A stretch of DNA of 64,000 bases from the human T2T-CHM13v2.0 reference genome, Homo sapiens. How positions within the stretch are numbered: position 1 is the first letter of the stretch; each line of letters opens with the position of its first letter. The position numbers and the translations under genes are program-made. The stretch lies in assembly GCF_009914755.1 (NCBI RefSeq), contig NC_060931.1; one strand, 5' to 3'. Below, one piece after another: positions 56,297-64,000 of this stretch. The notes beneath the pieces were generated by a model, which made no database searches, had not been told where the DNA came from, and worked only from the letters and a program-made list of their open reading frames with translations.

Positions 56297-57052
56297 TTTG
56301 TTAATGATAGGAATATCTCCTCAGTAAGTTCAAACCATTTTATAACAGGGAAGAATAAGCTAGTGTTAGATCTGGAAAAGTTAATATAGCATTATCTTGA
56401 AATTTCAGGGGTAAAAAGTGGTTGACTGGAACTTCACCTTTTTTAACCAAACAATGTTAAAATAAACATATCTGAATAGAAAACTGTATCTGGTTCTTTT
56501 TTATGTCAAATGTAAAATACTTTAATAGAGAAAATTCCATTTTTCTGCATCTATTTAGATGATATTACAATAAAAGGCAGTGTGGATTGGAGAACATAGC
56601 TAGTGAGAATATTAGGTAATGTAAATTTAAGAAGAAATTAGCTTTTCCATATGAAATAAAATCAATGATCACATAAATTCAACATGATTATGAGGACTAA
56701 AGTAAAAATACACAGTACAATATAGCTTTCGGTTTCTTGTTCGGCACATATATTAATATATTTTCAAACATCAAACAATATAACACCAATATCTACTAAA
56801 ATCTACTAGCACAGTAAGGGTTACTAAAGCTTAGCTAATTATTAACATCTTAAAAGCCTAGTTCCCATATGAATTCTGTAACCAAGAATATTCTCTGTGC
56901 TATGCAAGCTGGTTGAAGCACCGTCTTTTTCAGGATTCTCCAGAATTCATACGTATTTCAAAGTTAACTCATGTCGAACCCCACAATTCCTTATTGAATG
57001 TGGTTGATCTTCTAAACAGACCTTCATTTATGAGAACATAAGCATATACTCA

Positions 57053-57327
57053 TCACAATTTTGAAAAGAATGGAAGTCCTTCATACATATCAGTTTTTAA
57101 TTTTATCCAATCATTAATTTTCTGCAGAGTTGTTTTTTCTTGACTTAATATTTTTGCAACTTTTTTCATTTTTTGTTCATTTCTTTCTATGTATTTCAAC
57201 CCTTCCAACTGCAGCTGATCCAGCTTTTCATTTCGACTTTCATCTAGAGGTATGTTTTCACACATTACAGGATTGAATCTAAAATAGGTGTCAGGAGGTA
57301 ACAGGCCATCAAGCATTATATGGACTT
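57053..57327 (-). CDS. PNPLA8: PNPLA8 (calcium-independent phospholipase A2-gamma) last coding exon; C-terminal 90 aa plus split Glu codon, ending in PTS1 SKL
   Basis: Minus strand reads pyrimidine tract...ctttaacag|AA GTC CAT ATA ATG = (E)VHIMLDGLLPPDTYFRFNPVMCENIPLDESRNEKLDQLQLEGLKYIERNEQKMKKVAKILSQEKTTLQKINDWIKLKTDMYEGLPFFSKL*. I recognise this as the PNPLA8 C-terminus. The acceptor AG at 57329-57328 follows a long polypyrimidine tract, and its phase matches the upstream exon. Confidence 0.97.
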
Positions 57328-58409
57328 CTGTTAAAGCAAAAAAGAAAAGGATAAGGGGATAAGAAAAGAGGGGATAAAGTGAGCAATGAACTGTTAATTT
57401 GTCTTTATTTAAAATTAACTTCTTTTTAGGCACATTACAAAGATTCACTAATTTCATTATTCAAACTGACAGTAGAAGTAATCCATAATAATGGGTAAAA
57501 CTATAAGATAAAATTCATCTTCCAAAATACATTATTCTGTGAAATTAGTATACTTCTTCTATTCTCTCTGTGCTTTTGGTCATACTGTTCACCACTGCTG
57601 AAATGCCCTTTCCAACTTTCCTTTTTTTTGGGATCAACTTCATTGACATATCATTTACATCCAGTGCAACTCACCAATTTTAACTGTATAGTTTGACAAG
57701 TTTTGACAAATGTATACACTTGTGTAAGCACAACAATAATCATGACATAGCCATTTCCATCACTGTAAAAAGTTCCTTTAAGCCTCTTTATAGTTGGTGC
57801 CCACTTTCCCTTTCCTAGAATTTCATACAAACAGAATCAAAAGTATCTACCTTCTTTTATGGACAAAATACTTTTGAGATTCATCCATGTTGTAGCATAT
57901 ATCAATAGTTCCTTTCTTTTCATTGCTAAATGGTGTTCCATTGTATAGATACAACACAATTTGTTCTCTGCAGTTCTGGTCTGGCTCTCTTCAGTTTTTA
58001 GCTACTAGAAATAACCCGATTATAAACATTTACACATAAGTCTTCATGTGCATATGATTGCATTTCCCTTGGGCAAAAACCTAGGAATAAAATTGCTGGT
58101 TCATATGGTAAAGGGTATGCTTATTTTAAAAAAAACCTGCCACACTGTCTTCCATTTTTGTATTCCAACCACTAATATATTAGAGTTCTCACTGCTCTAC
58201 ATCTTTGCCCAAAGTTAGTATGTCAAGTCTTAAGTTTTGCATTATAGAGGTAGTGGTATCTTGTGGTTTAATTTTTATTTCCCTAATGACTAATTATGTT
58301 GAGAAGGTTTTCATGTACTTATTAGTCATTTGTATATCTTCTTTAATGAAGTGTCTGTTTAAATCTTTTGCCCAGTTTTTTCACTGAATTGCTGTGTCCT
58401 ATATATATG

Positions 58410-58643
58410 ACAGTGGTGCAATCATGGCTCACCGCAACCTCGAACTCCTGGGCTCAAGTGATCCTCCTGCCTCAGCCTCCCAAGTAGCTGGGACTACAGG
58501 TGTGTGCCACCATGCCCAGATAGTTTTTTATTTTTCTGTAGAGATGGGATCTCACTATATTGACCAGGCTGGTCTCAAACTTCTGGGCTCAACCGATCCA
58601 CCCAAAGTGCTGGGATTACAGGTGTGAACCACCATACCCAGCC
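58410..58643 (-). mobile_element. AluJ, tail end missing
   Basis: cagtggtgcaatcatggctcaccgcaacctcgaactcctgggctcaagtgatcc (J diagnostics). Confidence 0.88.
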
Positions 58644-59562
58644 TATTATTTTATATATATATACATACATATGTTATATGAGAATTCTCTATATATTTTG
58701 AACTTGATTATATATTATACCTCATGATGGGTCAGATGCATGTTTTATCAATATTTTAGTGTATGACTTGCCTTTTCATTTTATAAAAAGTACCTTTTAA
58801 AGAGCAGAATTTGTAATTTGAAGTCTAATTTATCTCTTTCTTTCCTTTCTGATTCATATTTTCTATGTCCTATCTAAAAAAATCTTTACCCAAGGTCATT
58901 AAGATTTTCTCCAGCATATTCTTCTATATGTTTTATAGTTTCAGCTCTTAGATTCAGGTTTCCATCTAAGATCAGGAACAGGGTAAGATGTCTAGTCTCA
59001 CACCTTCCAGTAAGCATTGTACTGGAGGGTCCTTTTCAGTGCCGTAAAGCATTAAAAGGAAATGAAGGGCATGTAGATTAAAAAGGAAGTAAAACTCTAT
59101 AGACAACCTGGTTGCCTATGTTGACAATTTTGAGAAAGCTATAGAAAGCTACTAGAATAAGTGAGTTTAGCAAGTTTGAAGTTATATAAGGTCAATAAGA
59201 AAAATCAGTTGTATTTCTGCATATTAGCCATGAACGACTGTGATGCATTCCAAGTTACTTTTGTGTATGGTGCAAAGGGTCAAGGTCAACGCTGTGGATA
59301 CAGGTATCTAATAGTCCCGGACCATTTGTTGAAAAGACTGTCCTTTCCCACTGAGTTACCTTAGCATCTTTGTAAAAAGTCTTTTGAGTTTACATGTATA
59401 AATCAATTTCTGGACTCTCTATTACATACCATTGATTTATATGTCTATCTTTATTCAAACACCACAGTTCCTTGCTTAATGTAGTTTTATAGTCTTTAAA
59501 TCAGCAGATGTAAGTCCTCCAACTTTTTTTTCTTTTTCAAAATTGTGTCAGATATTCTAGGT

Positions 59563-60049
59563 CAGGGGTCCCCAACCCATGGGCTGCACAGCAGGGGGTG
59601 AGTGGCAGGGCCAGTAAGCAAAGCTTCATCTGTATATACAGCCACTCTCCATCGCTTGCATTACTGCCTCAGCTCCACCTCCTGTCAGATCAGTGGTGGC
59701 ATGAGATTCTCATAAGACTGCAAACCCTATTGTGAACTGAGCATGCAAGGGATCTAGGTTGCGTGCTCCTTAGGTGAATCTAATGCCTGATGATCTGTCA
59801 CTGTCTCCCATCATCCCTAGATAAGACCATCTAGTTGGAGGAAAACAAGCTCAGGGCTCCCAATTCTACATTATGGTGAGCTGTATACTTATTATATATT
59901 ACAATGTAATAATACTAGAAATAAAGTACACAATAAATGTAATGTGCTTGAATTATCCCAAAACCATCCCTCCCCTCCCCGCCCCCATGTGCGGAAAAAC
60001 TATCTTCCACGAAACCAGTCCTTGGGACCAAAGAGGTTGGAGACCACTA
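59563..60049 (+). mobile_element. MER1A (hAT-Charlie MITE)
   Basis: caggggtccccaacc...gaggttggagaccact termini; 8-bp TSD ttct(a/g)ggt at 59555-59562 and 60050-60057. Confidence 0.9.
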
Positions 60050-61054
60050 TTCTGGGTCCTTTGCATATCCATATACATTTTACAGTCAGCTTGTTAATCT
60101 CTATCCCTCAAAAGCCTGCTTGGATTTTGACAGGAATTGTATTGAATCTACATATCAATTTGTGATGTGATACCTTAACAATATTGAGATTTCCAATTCA
60201 TGAACACAGTACATGTATTGATTTATTTAGGTCTTTAATTTCTCTCAGTAATGTTTTATAGTTTTCACTGTTCAGATCTTGCATGTAGCCCACAAATTTT
60301 AGTTTCCTTGGCCTCCTTGAACTGCAAATTTTGTTTCCACAACTCCCACTGAGACTACCCCACTTTTCTGGTGCTATAGAATAGAAACTATGCTATAGTG
60401 TAGAAACTCTTTTCAGGCAGCAAGCTGGACAATAATAGTGATGACCTCATTCATTCTCCTTTCAGAGATCGCTGTCCTATGTTACCTGTTTTCTCATGTC
60501 TGAAAATCATTGTTTTGTCTACTTTTCTAGTTGTTTAAGGTAAGAGGAAATATCTGGTCCCTAATAGTTTATGATGTCCAGAAGAGGAAGTCTTAACTCT
60601 CTTTTAAAATGTCCAAATCCTATACATCCTTTAAGACCCATATCAAGTCTACTTTATGTCTTATAAGCTGTCTACACCAATCAAGTTTTCTCATTCCTTT
60701 TCTTAATTCATAGTCTTAATCACTTACAATCATTTACCATTTATTTAGCAATTCACCACAGATTAAACCCTATAAAATTGTTGTTTTTGTGGGCCAACAG
60801 CAATGTTGTTGTTATATCTTATAACAGCAATTCTTGTTATATCTTTTTCAAAGTTAACTAAGTTTATTAAATTTTTACTCATTTGTCTTATTAACTGGAG
60901 TGCAGGTACACTGAGGCAACATTTCATGTTTCTTGAAAATTCCAAATAAGCCCATTACATGGTTTGCACAAAGTACAGACTTAACTCTTATGCGACTGCC
61001 CGACTAAAGCCACTTGTCTCAGCAAATGGCTTATGGTAAGGATATTTTATTGAG

Positions 61055-61957
61055 CCATCACGGAAATGTGAATCAAAACCACAATGAGATCCCACCTTAC
61101 ACCTGTTAGGATGGCTGTTATAAAAAAGACAAGAGATAATAGGTGTTGGCAAGGAACTGGGGAAAAGGAACCCTTGTAAACTGTTTATAGGAATGTAAAT
61201 TGGTACAGCTAGTACAGAAAACAGTATGGAGGTTCCTCAAAAAATTAAAAAGAGAACTACCATATGATCCAGCAATCCCACTCCGGGTATATGTCCGAAG
61301 GAAATGAAATTGTTATTTTGAAGGGATTGCTGCTCACCCATGTTCACTGCAGCATTATTCACAATAGCCAAGATATGAAAACAACCTGTGTCCATGGATG
61401 AATGAATGGATAAAGGAATTACAGTATATACACACACACAAGAATCCTATTCTGCCTTAAAAAAGAAGGAAATCCTGCCACTTGCGACAACGTGGATGAA
61501 CTTGGAAGATATTCTGCTAAGGGAACTAAGCCAGACACAGGAAAATGAGTAGTGCACAGTAACATTTACATGTGGAATCTAAAATAGTTGAACTAAAAAA
61601 AACAGAGGAGAATGGTGGTTGCCAGACACTGGGGAGTAGGGGAAATGGAGAGATGTTGGTCAAAGGGTACAAATTTTCAGTTATGACTACCTACTAGAGA
61701 TCTGACGTACAGCATGGTAACTATAGTTAATAACAATGTATTAAGTTTTGTTTACTTTAAATTTGCTACGGGAGTAAATCTTAAGTGTTCTTACCAGGCA
61801 CACACAAAATAGTAACTACGTCAGGTGACAGATATGCTTATTAGCTGGATTGTGGGAATCATTACACAAGGTATACTTACAATAAAACAACATGTTGTAC
61901 AACTTAAATATATACAATTTTTATGTCAGTCTGACCTCAATAAAGCTGGGAGAAAAA
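61055..61957 (+). mobile_element. L1MA-type 3' fragment
   Basis: aatcaaaaccacaatgagat...ccatatgatccagcaatcccact...acctcaataaagctgggagaaaa. Confidence 0.88.
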
Positions 61958-62229
61958 GAGTATTTTACTGATCTGGCAACAAAATTTCAGATAGTGAAAA
62001 ATCTAGCACATGAGCTTTTTTTTGGTTTTCATTCAATGAATAAAAGTCCTCAGTGGGGAGTTTAAGATTCTCACTTATGTTAATGACTTGGCCAATAATA
62101 TGCTGATATGAAAAGAATGAGATTCAAATACAAGCAGCTGTTAAGTGGTAATAATTTTTTTTAATTTAGTAAAACGTTTCACCCAATAATTAAAAACAAA
62201 ATAGTAAAATGAGGAAATCTAAACCTCAA

Positions 62230-62533
62230 GGCAAGGCCCAGTGGCCCATGCTAGTAATCCTAGCACTTCAGGAGGCCAAGGCAGGAGGATCACTTAAAGT
62301 CAGTAGTTCAAGACCAGCCTGGGCAACACAGGGAGACCCCATCTCTACAAAAAAAGGTCTGAAAAATTAGCTGGGTGCAATGGTATGCACCTGTAGTCCC
62401 AGCTACTCAGGAGACTAAGGTGGGAGGACTGGTTGAGCCCAGGAGTTTGAGGCTGCAGTGAGCTATCATTGTCACTGCGTTCCAGCCTGGGCAACAAAGT
62501 GAGATCCTGTTTCTAAGAAACACACACACACAC
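62230..62533 (+). mobile_element. AluJ with (CA)n-converted tail
   Basis: ggaggatcacttaaagtcag...gagcccaggagtttgaggctgcagtgagctat; TSD acctcaag. Confidence 0.9.
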
Positions 62534-62559
62534 AAACACCTCAAGGCCAAAACCTGAAA

Positions 62560-63430
<871 letters not shown>

Positions 63431-63835
63431 ATTCCAGTTTGCCTTGACAGTATTAAATAATTGAATGTCCTTTACTCTAAATCTTTGCTATCATGTATAT
63501 GTTTGAACAAATCTGACTCCTTTTGTTGCTTTTCCCTTTCTTAACTGGCTTCAGAGTCTCCAACAAAATGTTGTGCTATCCAGCTTTAGGTACTTCTCCA
63601 ACAGTAAGTGGGCAAAGGTAGCACTATCTCTCAAATGGAAAACAGTCTCTGTTCTAGAGTCACCTAACAAGAAACAAGTGAGAAAGGAAAACAACAAAAT
63701 GTTTCCTCCCATGTACTTCCTAAATCCACAATACAGACATATCATATGCCTTTGCAGTTAGGACCAACAAATGCCACCAAAAAACTGCTAGAATGCTAGA
63801 AGTTGAAGTATTTTAAAGCAGCAAACAAGACTAAC

Positions 63836-64000
63836 CTTCTGTATCTGTAGCACTGTTGATAACATTAGAAAGTTTAGTTTTCAAGCTTGTGTATGTTACC
63901 GTGTTTCTCACATCACTCTCATAACGTCCAGTGCCCAGGGATACTATGCACTCTAACGGCACATCTGGCCAAAGACATTTACACTCATGCATAGCTAATG
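63836..64000 (-). CDS. PNPLA8: PNPLA8 penultimate coding exon (5' part outside window)
   Basis: Manual minus-strand translation gives LAMHECKCLWPDVPLECIVSLGTGRYESDVRNTVTYTSLKTKLSNVINSATDTE-G|gttagt, including the patatin-family 'SLGTG' motif. The donor GT at 63835-63834 is phase 1; G|AA joins the last exon to give ...DTEEVHIM. Not in the ORF track. Confidence 0.96.

Larger units (their letters stand above)
55060..57052 (-). other. PNPLA8: PNPLA8 3'UTR (distal boundary approximate; probably alternative polyadenylation)
   Basis: AT-rich sequence downstream of the stop with minus-strand AATAAA at 56291-56296, 55249-55254 and 55228-55233. The exact end cannot be determined from sequence. Confidence 0.7.
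57622..60290 (-). mobile_element. Fragmented old L1M element in the PNPLA8 last intron
   Basis: L1M 3' UTR antisense (ttttgacaaatgtatacac; gagattcatccatgttg) continuing into ORF2 antisense (ccatttgttgaaaagactgtcctttcc; ttccaattcatgaaca). Confidence 0.8.

Noticed and set aside
57328-57457. N-terminal 43 aa of the 134-aa ORF (MKLVNL...FFALT)
   Set aside because: Intronic polypyrimidine tract read in frame; the true exon starts at 57327.

Overview
Primate (human-like) genomic DNA with dense Alu, L1, L2, MIR, MaLR-LTR and hAT/Tigger relics. It contains the 3' end of PNPLA8 (iPLA2-gamma) on the minus strand: part of the penultimate coding exon (63836-64000, missed by the ORF track), a 6.5-kb phase-1 intron, and the last exon ending in the peroxisomal signal ...PFFSKL followed by TGA TGA (57053-57327). 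The 3'UTR has several AATAAA signals. About 14-16 kb downstream is a ~2-kb CpG island (~39.5-41.4 kb) with minus-strand non-coding first exon(s). From recalled synteny at 7q31 this should be the NRCAM promoter, making positions 1-40892 NRCAM intron 1; this is not provable from coding sequence here. Nearly all other listed ORFs are repeat- or GC-artefacts. I found no convincing new multi-gene system. The best leads are: (1) an in-frame alternative PNPLA8 terminal exon (63551-63663) that would replace the SKL tail; (2) an ~864-bp cassette (AluY plus 550 bp ending in AATAAA) flanked by a perfect 12-bp target-site duplication inside an old L1, suggesting a transduction or retrocopied transcript end; (3) an ATG-free candidate NRCAM 5'UTR cassette exon (13083-13285); (4) several templated-insertion or repair scars, and closely spaced inverted Alus just past the PNPLA8 3' end.
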